A model generated the notes under the pieces. The model was given only the letters and a program-made list of their open reading frames with translations, made no database searches and was not told the DNA's origin. A DNA stretch of 64,000 nt. It comes from a virus. Position numbers and translations under genes: made by a program. The stretch spans positions 22,133 to 86,132 of IMG/VR virus record IMGVR_UViG_3300043399_000446, one strand, 5' to 3'. Below are positions 10,241 through 20,362 of this stretch, one piece after another (position 1 is the stretch's first letter; the number at the start of each line of letters is the position of its first letter).

Positions 10241-10855
10241 TTATGCTACTGGTGGAGGTGCCATTCCAGGTGCCATAGCAGCTTGATCTCCTGCACCCAT
10301 CTCAGCGCCTTCTGCGCCTTCATCTTGAGTCAATCCTTCTTCATCCAAATCGTTGCCATAAGCATCATTCAATTCTTGTAAATCGATTTCTTGATCTGCT
10401 AAGTCAATAGAACCTTCTTTAATGTCGTTCATTAGTTCTTTTGGTATTTCTATTTCAACGAACCAAACTTTTCTTTTCTTCATTCTAGGATATCTTGTAC
10501 CAGGAACAAAGTCTTCATAGTCTTTTACTTCAACAGGTACTTTTAAAGATGATTTACCGTATGTTATTTTGCACCCTAAATTCAATAGTCTTTTTGCACC
10601 TTTAGGATCTGGCATCAATTTATAAGGCCACATGAATGCACATTTAACAGTATAACGCTTGACTATAGGTCCTTGAACCAATTCACCTAATAGCCAATTC
10701 TTGAATGCGTAAATGTCTGCTTCATCTAAAACTCGTTCAAAGTCTAAAAGAATAGACATAGAACCATCACTGGTCATGATACCCTTGATAGTGTCTACTA
10801 TACTAACGAAATCTATATCGTTGAAAAATTCATTTGCAGGTTTGTTTTTCATCAT
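10241..10855 (-). CDS. conserved hypothetical protein
   Basis: 204 aa, acidic tail, TAAATA immediately upstream. Confidence 0.6.
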   Translation of the reverse strand: MMKNKPANEFFNDIDFVSIVDTIKGIMTSDGSMSILLDFERVLDEADIYAFKNWLLGELVQGPIVKRYTVKCAFMWPYKLMPDPKGAKRLLNLGCKITYGKSSLKVPVEVKDYEDFVPGTRYPRMKKRKVWFVEIEIPKELMNDIKEGSIDLADQEIDLQELNDAYGNDLDEEGLTQDEGAEGAEMGAGDQAAMAPGMAPPPVA

Positions 10856-11008
10856 GTATTTATCATAATGAAAAACTTTTTTTAATTAAGGAATTTTACT
10901 GACTATAGCCCAATATTTATCATGTATTTTTCGTAAAAAACGCTGCTATTAATGTGTAATAGGATCACCTTAAATATTTTTGCGTTCAATCTTATTAAGG
11001 AGATAACT

Positions 11009-11794
11009 TTGAGTAAAAGAAAAACTAGTGCGCTAACCCGTGGTCATGACCAAACAAAAGCTCATTCAAGAAAGCTCGATGCTAGCAATACTTTTTATAT
11101 GCATGAGTCTAAAACGATTGATTTTTCTCAGGCGTATCCTAAGCAGCGAAATAAAAAAGTAGCTGAATTGATACCCCGAAGTTTAAATCAAGAGAAGTAT
11201 ATCATTGCTCTACTTGACGAGAATACTGATATCGTAATCGTTTCGGGCCCTGCTGGTACAGGCAAAACTTACTTAGCTATGGTCGCTGCTATAAAAGCGT
11301 TACGCGCAGGTGAATGCGAAAGAATAATACTTACAAGACCCGCTGTAGGTGTTGACGATGAAAAACATGGTTTCTTACCAGGCGACCTAAATGCAAAAAT
11401 GGAGCCTTGGACTAGACCATTACTTGATGTGCTTAGAGAATTTTACAACGCAAAGGAAATTGCCCACATGCTAGAAGAACAAATAGTGGAGATAGCACCC
11501 CTAGCATTTTGTCGAGGTAGAAATTTCAAAAATAGCTGGATAATTTTAGATGAAGCACAAAACGCTACTCCTAGTCAAATGAAAATGATTATGACTAGGA
11601 TAGGAGTGGGTAGTAAGATTGTTATCTGTGGTGACGTTGAACAAACCGATCGTAGAACACATGATAATGGCTTGATGGACTTGTTAGCAAAAATGGACAA
11701 AAATGCAGTTCCAGGAATGCAACTATGTAAGTTTGAGATTAAGGATGTACAAAGACACAAAATAATTGAACATGTACTAAAACTATACTCATAA
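11009..11794 (+). CDS. phoH: PhoH-family ATPase
   Basis: GPAGTGKT, TRPAV, GFLPG, RGRNF, DEAQN, GDxxQ; TTG start after AAGGAG. Confidence 0.92.
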   Translation: MSKRKTSALTRGHDQTKAHSRKLDASNTFYMHESKTIDFSQAYPKQRNKKVAELIPRSLNQEKYIIALLDENTDIVIVSGPAGTGKTYLAMVAAIKALRAGECERIILTRPAVGVDDEKHGFLPGDLNAKMEPWTRPLLDVLREFYNAKEIAHMLEEQIVEIAPLAFCRGRNFKNSWIILDEAQNATPSQMKMIMTRIGVGSKIVICGDVEQTDRRTHDNGLMDLLAKMDKNAVPGMQLCKFEIKDVQRHKIIEHVLKLYS

Positions 11795-11823
11795 AGAAAC
11801 GGGGACATATGTCCCCGTTTCTT
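11794..11823. terminator. bidirectional terminator
   Basis: perfect 30-bp palindrome AAGAAACGGGGACATATGTCCCCGTTTCTT between convergent genes. Confidence 0.8.
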
Positions 11824-12094
11824 ACTTTGATTTCTCTTTAGCAGTTATTGTTGCTTCTTTTTCAAGTTGCGCAATAAGTGCAGGATAGATTTTCTTGTAA
11901 TACTGATTGGCTTTATCCCAATCCATATCAACTATTTTACCCTCAATTACGCACTTTTCTATTTTCTTTGTGGCGTAATCTAAAATCACATTACAGGTTT
12001 GTTTATCGGTAGCTTTCAACTTTTTGCTAGTTGAAACTTGTTCATCGATCTGGCCGCCAGGCTTTCTCCAAAATGTAATAAGTAAGTAACGGAT
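11822..12094 (-). CDS. hypothetical protein, probable non-canonical ATC start
   Basis: frame open for 25 codons upstream of the TTG at 12019; AAGGAG SD 6 nt before ATC. Confidence 0.55.
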   Translation of the reverse strand: MRYLLITFWRKPGGQIDEQVSTSKKLKATDKQTCNVILDYATKKIEKCVIEGKIVDMDWDKANQYYKKIYPALIAQLEKEATITAKEKSK

Positions 12095-12104
12095 GATAAT
12101 CTCC

Positions 12105-13028
12105 TTACATAGTCAATTCTGCTAACGAAGCTGCTAATGATATTTCGGGGACACCCACTAAAGGTAAATTAGCAAGACCATTTCTAATGATAATAATGCT
12201 TGCGTCACGTTTTTCTTGTGTCTTACCCCACAAGTCAAGGTTTTGATACATCCAAACATAAATCTCTTCTACTCTTGTAGGATATAAAGAAATGTATTGC
12301 ATCAACTGTTGACGACCTTCAAGCACTTTACCTGCTTTGAATAGTTGGCTTGCTTCTACAAGTAGTTCGTTTTCGCTACTTCCTGCTTTCTGTGGGGGCA
12401 ACAGTTTACCTGTATTGCTATTTACTTGAAGTTGATTCAAGCATTTACGCAAGTCAGGATAAGTTGCGCGAACATAATCATCTAGTGTATCTAAATCAAA
12501 TACTACATTCTCTGTTACTAGAACTGTAGCGGCGCGCGCTGTGAATTCCGTCTTATCTGTTTTAGCTATATGGAATTCGTGACAGCGTGATTTTAGTGCA
12601 GGGATGATCTTGTGCTGATAATTACAAGTTAGAATGAATCTAACAGTTTGATGATATGCTTCCATATCATTACGCAATGCTGCTTGAAACTCTGCGGATG
12701 TATAGTCAGCCTCGTCAAGTAGAATCACTTTGAAGTTACCAAAAGGCATTGTTTGTGCAAACCCATTGATTTTTTCTCGCACAATAGCAACGCCATTCTC
12801 TCTTGACGCATTGATTTCTAGCACATCGTAATCTTCTACGCCTAGCTCATTAATCAATACTTTTGCTAGTGTAGTTTTACCTGTGCCAGGATCACCTGAA
12901 AGCAATAGATGAGGTATACTACCGTCTTTGATCCATTGTTCAACTTGCTGCTTTTGTCGTTCATCTACGAACACATAATCAGCAACAGATTTAGGACGAT
13001 ACACCTCAACCCATAATTTATTTTTCAT
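12105..13028 (-). CDS. clamp loader AAA+ subunit (gp44/RFC-small-like)
   Basis: LWVEVYRP, GDPGTGKTT, DEAD, SRC motifs. Confidence 0.9.
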   Translation of the reverse strand: MKNKLWVEVYRPKSVADYVFVDERQKQQVEQWIKDGSIPHLLLSGDPGTGKTTLAKVLINELGVEDYDVLEINASRENGVAIVREKINGFAQTMPFGNFKVILLDEADYTSAEFQAALRNDMEAYHQTVRFILTCNYQHKIIPALKSRCHEFHIAKTDKTEFTARAATVLVTENVVFDLDTLDDYVRATYPDLRKCLNQLQVNSNTGKLLPPQKAGSSENELLVEASQLFKAGKVLEGRQQLMQYISLYPTRVEEIYVWMYQNLDLWGKTQEKRDASIIIIRNGLANLPLVGVPEISLAASLAELTM

Positions 13029-13701
13029 ATTTGATTTCTTTTCTCTCTAAAACTAGAACCACTTCAAACCCTTCTAAAAGACATTGATTGAGTTTTGCCT
13101 TATTCCTATTTTCTAAAATAGGATCTTTTCCTTTTTTATTCCAAGTCCAGTTAGACTTAATCTCGTAAATCGTATTATCTATGATATAATCACTTATGTA
13201 AAGTTTTTTGGTATTATCTTCTGGATCTAGGTACCATACGCAAGGACCCCGCTTTACATTTTTGGATATCCAGTCAGACCCATAAACCTTTTCTAAAGTT
13301 TCTAAAAAATCAAATTCATATGTACCTTGATAAGGTATTCCTAAATTTTTATACTCTAAAATAGGACAGTTTTTATTATTGTCCCAAGGATTGTTTTCCC
13401 AATGCTTTCGCATTGTATTTGCTAATTTTTTATAATGCCCTTGTTGTTTTCTTGTTGCTGTTGCTTTAATTTGAGATGTTTTAGTTATACCTAATTTAGT
13501 CCTAGTCTCTAAAGATTTTTTGGCTCTTTCTAAATGGTCTGTTCTGTCAGAAAATTGTTTCCGCTTCCCCATACATGAGTTATGATGGGCAGAGCAACAA
13601 TATTTGCCATTTGAAAAAATAAAGTTTGCTTGCCCATCACATCCATAGTTACATTTAGTTTCTATATTAATTTCTTTAGCAATAGGTTTTTGAAATTTCA
13701 T
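13018..13701 (-). CDS. putative free-standing homing endonuclease (N-terminal Cys cluster + PD-(D/E)XK-like domain)
   Basis: CNYGC/CC/HNSC N-terminus, basic linker, ISDY...IYEIKS; own late promoter and hairpin. Confidence 0.55.
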   Translation of the reverse strand: MKFQKPIAKEINIETKCNYGCDGQANFIFSNGKYCCSAHHNSCMGKRKQFSDRTDHLERAKKSLETRTKLGITKTSQIKATATRKQQGHYKKLANTMRKHWENNPWDNNKNCPILEYKNLGIPYQGTYEFDFLETLEKVYGSDWISKNVKRGPCVWYLDPEDNTKKLYISDYIIDNTIYEIKSNWTWNKKGKDPILENRNKAKLNQCLLEGFEVVLVLERKEIKYEK

Positions 13702-13766
13702 AAAAATCTTCTCCTACACTATTTATGCATAGAAAAGACTTTTCAACCCAAAGTGTATTTTTCATA

Positions 13767-14063
13767 TTACCCACGTAATGATTCAAAACTAATGATTTTA
13801 CCCAATTCTTCACCTAAATCTTTATCTTCAGTAATGATATGCAGCCTTTGATCGTGACGATCAGTTCTTCTATCATATACACTATATGATACCACATACC
13901 CACCATTGGCTTTATTGATAGTGAAATTTATAGAAGATGCTGATTCTATGCTTCGGACCCCAACCCCAATTACTGATGATTTAGTTTGATTAGCATAGGG
14001 AACGTCAACTAACAATTCTGTTTGCTGAATTCTTCTACGCAGCCATGTGAAAAACCAATTCAT
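13767..14063 (-). CDS. hypothetical protein
   Basis: 98 aa, ATGA-coupled to the upstream gene. Confidence 0.6.
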   Translation of the reverse strand: MNWFFTWLRRRIQQTELLVDVPYANQTKSSVIGVGVRSIESASSINFTINKANGGYVVSYSVYDRRTDRHDQRLHIITEDKDLGEELGKIISFESLRG

Positions 14064-14278
14064 TTTGTTTCCAGTAGTTTTTTAAGATTAAAGATAGCTT
14101 CTGGTCCAAGCAAAAATTCGCATTTACGCTGCTCTGATTTTGGGTTCTTTGCACCAGTCCAAACACTATAGAAGCTTAGTTGCTTAGTGTTTTCAGGATT
14201 GGCACAATCAACCAATTCAGCATAAAGTTGATAAGTTTCACCGCTTGTGTCTTTTACTTCATGTAATAGTTGTTTCAT
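14060..14278 (-). CDS. hypothetical protein
   Basis: 72 aa, translationally coupled. Confidence 0.6.
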   Translation of the reverse strand: MKQLLHEVKDTSGETYQLYAELVDCANPENTKQLSFYSVWTGAKNPKSEQRKCEFLLGPEAIFNLKKLLETK

Positions 14279-14640
14279 TATAGTACCTTATCACTCATAG
14301 TTTGATCGTTGACGGGTTCGTCACTTACTAGTAGTATATCATTATTATCTACTTTGCGTATGACTTTTTCGCCCTCATTATCTTCTATTTTAACACCTCG
14401 CGTCCAACGACCGTGAGCGATTAGGACATATTGCCCAACTTTTACATCTTTCTGCTCACTACCCACAGCGTAAACTTTTGCCCAACGTGGACGAATTCCA
14501 GAGTTTTTCATATCATCATTTGGAATGATGATGCCACCTTGACTGATACGCTCTTCAAACTTCATGTCGCATACGATTACTGCATCATTTAATGGGATTA
14601 TTTTGTTGACTTTGTGTGCTGCAAATGCTAGTTTACTCAT
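14278..14640 (-). CDS. groES: co-chaperonin GroES-like protein
   Basis: PLNDAVIV, GGIIIP, VYAVG, VKVGQYVL motifs. Confidence 0.8.
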   Translation of the reverse strand: MSKLAFAAHKVNKIIPLNDAVIVCDMKFEERISQGGIIIPNDDMKNSGIRPRWAKVYAVGSEQKDVKVGQYVLIAHGRWTRGVKIEDNEGEKVIRKVDNNDILLVSDEPVNDQTMSDKVL

Positions 14641-15017
14641 TTTTTACCTCGTTTTTGCTGTGCCTTTAGTTCTTCTTGTTTGATTCTTTCTACTTCTGCG
14701 TCATCTGCCATATCTTCTTCCAACTCTTTTTCAAATTGGCTCAACTCAATTAGCTCTTCAGCTTGGGGCTGAGGTGCTTGTGGTTTTTTAGATTCAGGCA
14801 TGGGTTTTCTAACTGGATTGGCACTGCGATTGCCTACAGTTTTACTATAGTTTTGATTTACCTTTTCAGTAACAGGTGTAATTACCTTACCTTGAGCGTC
14901 GATAGTGTCTCCCCGTGCATTTACCGACATGTTTCCTACTGCGCGAACCTTTTCGTTTTTAGTAGCTAGTACGCTCATATCAACTGTTTTACCTAATGCT
15001 GTCCTATATTTGGCCAT
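14637..15017 (-). CDS. conserved hypothetical protein
   Basis: 126 aa, AVGNMSVNARGD motif, SD present. Confidence 0.6.
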   Translation of the reverse strand: MAKYRTALGKTVDMSVLATKNEKVRAVGNMSVNARGDTIDAQGKVITPVTEKVNQNYSKTVGNRSANPVRKPMPESKKPQAPQPQAEELIELSQFEKELEEDMADDAEVERIKQEELKAQQKRGKK

Positions 15018-15026
15018 TATGTTCTC

Positions 15027-15533
15027 CTATTTCAAAAATTCTTCTATATCTAAGTCATAGAATAAACTATTTACCCTATGAACACCTATCAAAAATAATA
15101 CAAAACTTGCTACTGAGCTACCTCTGCCCACTCCCCATACGATGTTATTTGCTCGCATAGTATCTACTAAGTATTTCAAATATTTTAGTAAGGGAAATAG
15201 GTCTCTTTCCTGATATAACATTAGCTCATTTGCTGCTCGTTGTAGTTCTGCTTCGCCCCTGCATTGATCTAAAATCCATTTAGCGATATCTATGTTTTTG
15301 TAATCTTCGGGCATCAACCAAATGTTTTGACAGATTTGGTCGAACTCAGATTTATTTATTTTAGGATCAATATAAGTGATTAACTCAGGTTTATTAGATA
15401 TATTTAACTCTGGGTCAAAAGTGATTTCTTTATCAACTAAGCATTTTTTGAGTGATAGCTCAGGGTTAGACATGATGGCGTCTAACAAGTCTTTTTCAGA
15501 GAAAATAGGGTTACCACAGCTATCAATTTTCAT
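15027..15533 (-). CDS. DNA polymerase III alpha-like N-terminal palm fragment
   Basis: GVGRGSSVASFVLFLIG matches the DnaE G-x-GRGS motif; only 168 aa. Confidence 0.75.
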   Translation of the reverse strand: MKIDSCGNPIFSEKDLLDAIMSNPELSLKKCLVDKEITFDPELNISNKPELITYIDPKINKSEFDQICQNIWLMPEDYKNIDIAKWILDQCRGEAELQRAANELMLYQERDLFPLLKYLKYLVDTMRANNIVWGVGRGSSVASFVLFLIGVHRVNSLFYDLDIEEFLK

Positions 15534-15540
15534 AACTTAC

Positions 15541-15569
15541 ATTATTACATCTATCGATGATTTAGTCAA
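15541..15569 (-). promoter_or_regulatory. sigma70-like promoter, leaderless
   Basis: TTGACT-17 nt-AATAAT with extended TG, ATG 7 nt downstream. Confidence 0.5.
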
Positions 15570-16178
15570 TCAAACTGGTGTTTTTTCCTGAGGATTGGTA
15601 AAAAGTATTTCTGCTACAGTTGTCTTGTCTGTTTTGATTTCCCAAAGCAAATCCTGATCCCAATCGTTAGATATAGCGTGTAGCTTTACTATTTTTTCTT
15701 TCTTGTTTATTTTGTTGAAGTTTGATATGCATGTATTTGGGTTAAACCACCAGCCATCGTTTTTTGCGAATTCTTCGTCTATGACTTCGATGTCACCAAA
15801 AAACTTCACACCATCACTCATTTTTGAACTTAGAATTATTTCTGTTACGACAAATCTACCTTCTGTAATCGAATTAAGTTTTAGCAATAATGCTTGCATC
15901 ACTACTTGGTCATATGGTTCATTGGGCAATGTGCAAACTTTTATATTAGCATCTATGTATTTGTCTATAGCACGCTTTTCTTTTTCATTAACAAATACTG
16001 AATTCTCTAAGCAATCTAATAGAAAGTGTTTTATTCTTTCCATAGCTATGTTTTGTTCTTTGGGACAATTTATTTCCACATAAATTATAAGTGAAAGAGA
16101 ATACAGATTCATCAAGAACTTATTATCATAATGAACACCAGCTTGAAATGCAAAGTCACGCTGTATTTTTGTACTCAT
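15570..16178 (-). CDS. hypothetical protein
   Basis: 202 aa ORF in operon. Confidence 0.6.
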   Translation of the reverse strand: MSTKIQRDFAFQAGVHYDNKFLMNLYSLSLIIYVEINCPKEQNIAMERIKHFLLDCLENSVFVNEKEKRAIDKYIDANIKVCTLPNEPYDQVVMQALLLKLNSITEGRFVVTEIILSSKMSDGVKFFGDIEVIDEEFAKNDGWWFNPNTCISNFNKINKKEKIVKLHAISNDWDQDLLWEIKTDKTTVAEILFTNPQEKTPV

Positions 16179-16185
16179 TTTATTC

Positions 16186-16410
16186 TCATTTTACGTTGAT
16201 TTGTTTTTTGATGTTTTGCTTTTCAAGCATTGCATCCATTTTACGTCTGTATTCGTTCTTATAACTTTCAATAACCATTTGAAGCTGATGTATTAGTGGA
16301 GCATTGCCAGTTCTGTATGCAAAGGTTAGTTTATTTGTGAGGTCTGAAATTGTGTTTTGTAACTCTTCAAGAGTTTTCTTTTCTAAGCTTTGTACAAAGG
16401 GATGTTCCAT
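16186..16410 (-). CDS. small helical hypothetical protein
   Basis: start set at MEHPF just after the upstream stop. Confidence 0.55.
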   Translation of the reverse strand: MEHPFVQSLEKKTLEELQNTISDLTNKLTFAYRTGNAPLIHQLQMVIESYKNEYRRKMDAMLEKQNIKKQINVK

Positions 16411-16412
16411 GA

Positions 16413-17177
16413 TTACCACGCACTTAAGCTAACGCGCTTCCAAATAGCTGTCGATCCATCATAAGTACCTACACAAACATAAAGATAATCACTGTCAACT
16501 GCTACTGTACCTGCCCTATCACCCAGCGAACCCACATTGCTTGCGGGAACTGTAGTTTGTATCTGTGTAACTTTTCTAGGACGATTATATGGCTCTATGA
16601 GGATCGTATTGCCGCAATCTAAACTACTTAATCTATAATCTAGTTGACTGACACCTGCAGGTGCGGTGACAGTAGCCACATTTGCTACAACTGCATAATT
16701 TTCTAATGTAGTTACACCAAAATTATTATTACTGTTTACTACTTCACTGGGAAAACTGATGATTGCGTTAGCATTACTCACGGCTAGTTGCAATTGAACA
16801 TTGCTTTGTGTACCTGTAGGGGCCCAACCACTAAATTGCAGCGTAACATCTCCTACTACAGTACCATACTGGACATCTCCGGATTGTACATTTACAACTA
16901 CAATGCCTGATAATGAACTTCCTAAATTATAAGTAGTTGCTCTAAATCCCCGCGTGGAAGCATTACTAATAAGTGTTCCCTCCATGTCATTATTTACAGT
17001 AGAGTTGGCTAATGCTTGTTTTACGACTACTTTTGTTTGTAGATCAGTAATTTCATTTGCTGCTGTATTTAAATTAGTTTTTATAGAGGCGAAATTATCC
17101 CTAAAACCTTGAGAACTATTGTTCTGTCCAGGTATAGGATAATTTACATTTATTCCACTTGTATTAATTGTACTCAT
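16413..17177 (-). CDS. virion structural (baseplate/fibre-associated) protein
   Basis: N-terminal YPIPGQNNSSQGFRDNF motif and C-terminal YLYVCV...IWKRV fibre-type motif; late promoter. Confidence 0.6.
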   Translation of the reverse strand: MSTINTSGINVNYPIPGQNNSSQGFRDNFASIKTNLNTAANEITDLQTKVVVKQALANSTVNNDMEGTLISNASTRGFRATTYNLGSSLSGIVVVNVQSGDVQYGTVVGDVTLQFSGWAPTGTQSNVQLQLAVSNANAIISFPSEVVNSNNNFGVTTLENYAVVANVATVTAPAGVSQLDYRLSSLDCGNTILIEPYNRPRKVTQIQTTVPASNVGSLGDRAGTVAVDSDYLYVCVGTYDGSTAIWKRVSLSAW

Positions 17178-17205
17178 AGTTTATTCCCTATAGTATTTAT
17201 TACCT

Positions 17206-19725
17206 TTAATCTTTAGGTAAAATTGTTTCTCTAGGAAACAATACATAAAAATCTTCGCTGTCGATAGGATTAGGAGTAGGAGTAGCACTTGGTAAGTCAG
17301 TATACTCCCAAATTGGTGGATCTATTTCTGTCCTATCAATATCATAGGTAATACTTTTATCAACTGTAAATCTATCAATTTGGAAATTAATTTCATTTAA
17401 CCTATAGTTTCTGCCTATTGGATCTTTCCAATTATTGTTTATATTATTTGCTATAGTTTTTGCAAATCCGGGCTTAGTGTAACAAATAACCCAAGCTTGT
17501 GTGTACCCTAAAGTACTACCATTTTCTTGCTGTGAAGTCATCCATAATGGTAATAATGAGCTATCAGGTTCTTCTCCTAAAACATCACCTACTTGAACCC
17601 TCATATTGTAAAGTGAGTTTGGATGCAATATCTGTGCGAAGCCTGGACTTAGGCTTGTATAGTATTCTTTACCTAATATCTCTATCCAACTGACATAAAT
17701 GTTCACAACGCTAGTCCAATAAGGACCTAAAAATAAGGGTATCAATCTAGGCCAAACTATAGTTTTTGGTATACTCGCGCCTTCAGGATTTACTAGGTTA
17801 TCAACTACCTCGCTATATACAACTTCGTATACTACTTCTCCTAAATTGTTTTTTGCTATGGCCGTTTTTATTTCACCTAAAGTAATGTTTCTCCAATAAT
17901 GATTTTCATTAATGGCGGATAAGTACTGATTAATATCACTGGCGTAAATATTATAGGAGTGTGCATAAATTACGCTTGTTGCTTTCCCAAAATATATGTC
18001 ATCAGGTCTATATAAAAATTCTTGGGGTATCAGTTCATTATTTTGTAATAAGCTATTTAAAATTTCTCTATCTTCTATACTTGGTGATGCTTTAATGTAT
18101 AGTTTATCTGTAGGTTGTGCATATCTTTGTAGAACATTAATAGTAAATTCCTTCGATAATGTAACTACTGAAAATTCTGGAGAAAATGCTCTTATTTCAA
18201 ATGAAAACTCTGTGTTAGTTCCTAAAGGTAATTCTACGCTTGTGGGTTGGTTTGCAACAACCCCTGTTATTTCGCCATTATTTAATAAAGATAAATTAGG
18301 TGGCAAGCTTCCATTAATAATTTCATATTGTAAATCAACATCCGATATTGCTGCTACTCTTAGGGTACTTATAGTGCCATTAAATATCGTTCCTAAATCT
18401 TTTGGAGTTATCCAAGTAATTACGCCTTTTACAGTCTTATATACTAGTAAGGAAAAATTAAATATTGGACTAACTACTGCTAGATTATTACTTTTTATAA
18501 CTCTAACTGAAAAATTAAATTCCTGTATGCCTTCTTCATCTAGAATAGGTGTTCCTACTATCCATCCGGTCTGAGAATCTCCTGATAAGAATGTAGGAGT
18601 ATTAAGGAATTGATATATTAGTGTAGAACCATCAAAATCATATCCTAGAATTCTAAAAGCAAAATAATTATTACTTTCTTTTTTACCTATGTCTGCAAAT
18701 GATGTTAACGGTACAGTAAATTGCTGACTAGGTTCAGCTGGTACTATATAATATCCAAAATTCTCAGGGTCACTCTTGCTTATGTTAAATGTAAGTGGTC
18801 TAGTGTTTAATATAGTAGGTATTCTGGTATTAGGCAAATATCCTGGCCCACCTGAAAAAACGGAAGTATTTTGATTAATTATTGTAATCGAATATTCAGA
18901 AGTATCATTACCTAATGGGCTATTCAATCTTAAGACAAAGGTATAGGTTTGGATAGTAGGAGATCCAGACGAAACGCTGGGTAATGTTGTAGTCATAAAT
19001 CCTGTTCCAGAATTTAGAATTACAATAGGCCCATTTTGTGTAGAACTAATAGTAAAAGTCGTACTATTCAGTATTTCTTTTACATAATACGTAGTTCCTT
19101 CAGAAATTCCACCAAAAACACTGCCTGAAAATATTATAGGCCTACCGACAACAAACCCTGTAGTACTTATACAAGTAAAAGTATTATTAGAATTATCAGT
19201 AATAGTCGTGGCTGTCTCAACTAAGGGAGAACTAATGTTTATTAAAGGAGCTTGTGGATATCCCCTTAGTATTCCTAATTCATTAATTTCTAATCCTGGG
19301 GGTAGGATACCTTCTTTTACTTCGATGTAAACAGGATTGTCTGGGTTAGGATTTGAATACTCAATGGCTAATTCGACCCAGGTACTATCTAATACACTTA
19401 ATAAATCACCTTCAGGTGTCGTAAACTGAGGAATAGCCGCACCTGAAATAGTGATAGAAAATGTTCTATCTCTTAAACCACCTAAATTATCAATAGCGCG
19501 TAAACTAAATGTATATATAGTATCTTTGTCAACTGTAGCAGGAGTACCACTTAGTACACCTGTATTTTGAAATGTTACTCCTTCAGGTAAATCTCCACTC
19601 AAAAAAATGTAGGAAACACTTACTGCGGGACTTACAGGAGTTGCGATAAAAGTATATTCAAGAAAGATTTGTGCAGGGAAACTGCCTAAACTTCCTGATT
19701 TTGTTTGCCAAATAGGTTGTGCCAT
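17206..19725 (-). CDS. baseplate/virion protein with Ig-like repeats
   Basis: repeated G-x-LP-x-G(L/V)...G-x-(L/I)-x-G-x-P Ig motifs, 839 aa. Confidence 0.6.
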   Translation of the reverse strand: MAQPIWQTKSGSLGSFPAQIFLEYTFIATPVSPAVSVSYIFLSGDLPEGVTFQNTGVLSGTPATVDKDTIYTFSLRAIDNLGGLRDRTFSITISGAAIPQFTTPEGDLLSVLDSTWVELAIEYSNPNPDNPVYIEVKEGILPPGLEINELGILRGYPQAPLINISSPLVETATTITDNSNNTFTCISTTGFVVGRPIIFSGSVFGGISEGTTYYVKEILNSTTFTISSTQNGPIVILNSGTGFMTTTLPSVSSGSPTIQTYTFVLRLNSPLGNDTSEYSITIINQNTSVFSGGPGYLPNTRIPTILNTRPLTFNISKSDPENFGYYIVPAEPSQQFTVPLTSFADIGKKESNNYFAFRILGYDFDGSTLIYQFLNTPTFLSGDSQTGWIVGTPILDEEGIQEFNFSVRVIKSNNLAVVSPIFNFSLLVYKTVKGVITWITPKDLGTIFNGTISTLRVAAISDVDLQYEIINGSLPPNLSLLNNGEITGVVANQPTSVELPLGTNTEFSFEIRAFSPEFSVVTLSKEFTINVLQRYAQPTDKLYIKASPSIEDREILNSLLQNNELIPQEFLYRPDDIYFGKATSVIYAHSYNIYASDINQYLSAINENHYWRNITLGEIKTAIAKNNLGEVVYEVVYSEVVDNLVNPEGASIPKTIVWPRLIPLFLGPYWTSVVNIYVSWIEILGKEYYTSLSPGFAQILHPNSLYNMRVQVGDVLGEEPDSSLLPLWMTSQQENGSTLGYTQAWVICYTKPGFAKTIANNINNNWKDPIGRNYRLNEINFQIDRFTVDKSITYDIDRTEIDPPIWEYTDLPSATPTPNPIDSEDFYVLFPRETILPKD

Positions 19726-19726
19726 A

Positions 19727-20347
19727 TTATCCTTTTAGGTATTTTAACGCAATATCATAATGATGCTGTCTATCTGCCAATCCATTAGTTCCACCATTGA
19801 TTCTTTTTGTTAAGCCAATAAAATCATTTCTATCACAAAACGCATTTAGTTTGTTAGTATCCCAAAACCATCCTGCACTTACACATGCTCCTGAGGGTGT
19901 TTCTAAGTATTCTACTGCTGCATCCAAGTCCATTTCTAACGATTTTGCGAATCTTGTATAATTATCTCTGCCTGTTATTTGTATCAACCCTCTGCCTCTA
20001 AACTTCCATCCGTCACCTGATTTTTCATCACCATTTTTCATACGATTTGCATATACGCGATTAGCTATTTTCTCTGGATTTCTTGCGTATTGATTTGCTA
20101 ATTCTCTTGTAGGAAAATATCTAGGGAATATGCGCAATAACCCATCAGCAGAATAGTTCAAATTTTCTATTACAAGGTTAAATCCACCTGATTCGTGTGC
20201 AAGTTGTGCTAAAAACGCCGCAGTTCTTTCCTCAGTATCCAATATATTATAATACATTGCTATAGTATATAAAGGCCCCACGTATCGTTCTAACACAATT
20301 CTACGTGTTCCTGGACAAACTTTTTGTAATAATTCTATAGTAATCAT
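19727..20347 (-). CDS. glycoside hydrolase family 19 endolysin
   Basis: AFLAQLAHESG, FRGRGLIQITGRDNY, TKRINGG. Confidence 0.9.
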   Translation of the reverse strand: MITIELLQKVCPGTRRIVLERYVGPLYTIAMYYNILDTEERTAAFLAQLAHESGGFNLVIENLNYSADGLLRIFPRYFPTRELANQYARNPEKIANRVYANRMKNGDEKSGDGWKFRGRGLIQITGRDNYTRFAKSLEMDLDAAVEYLETPSGACVSAGWFWDTNKLNAFCDRNDFIGLTKRINGGTNGLADRQHHYDIALKYLKG

Positions 20348-20362
20348 AATTTTTCCTAATTA

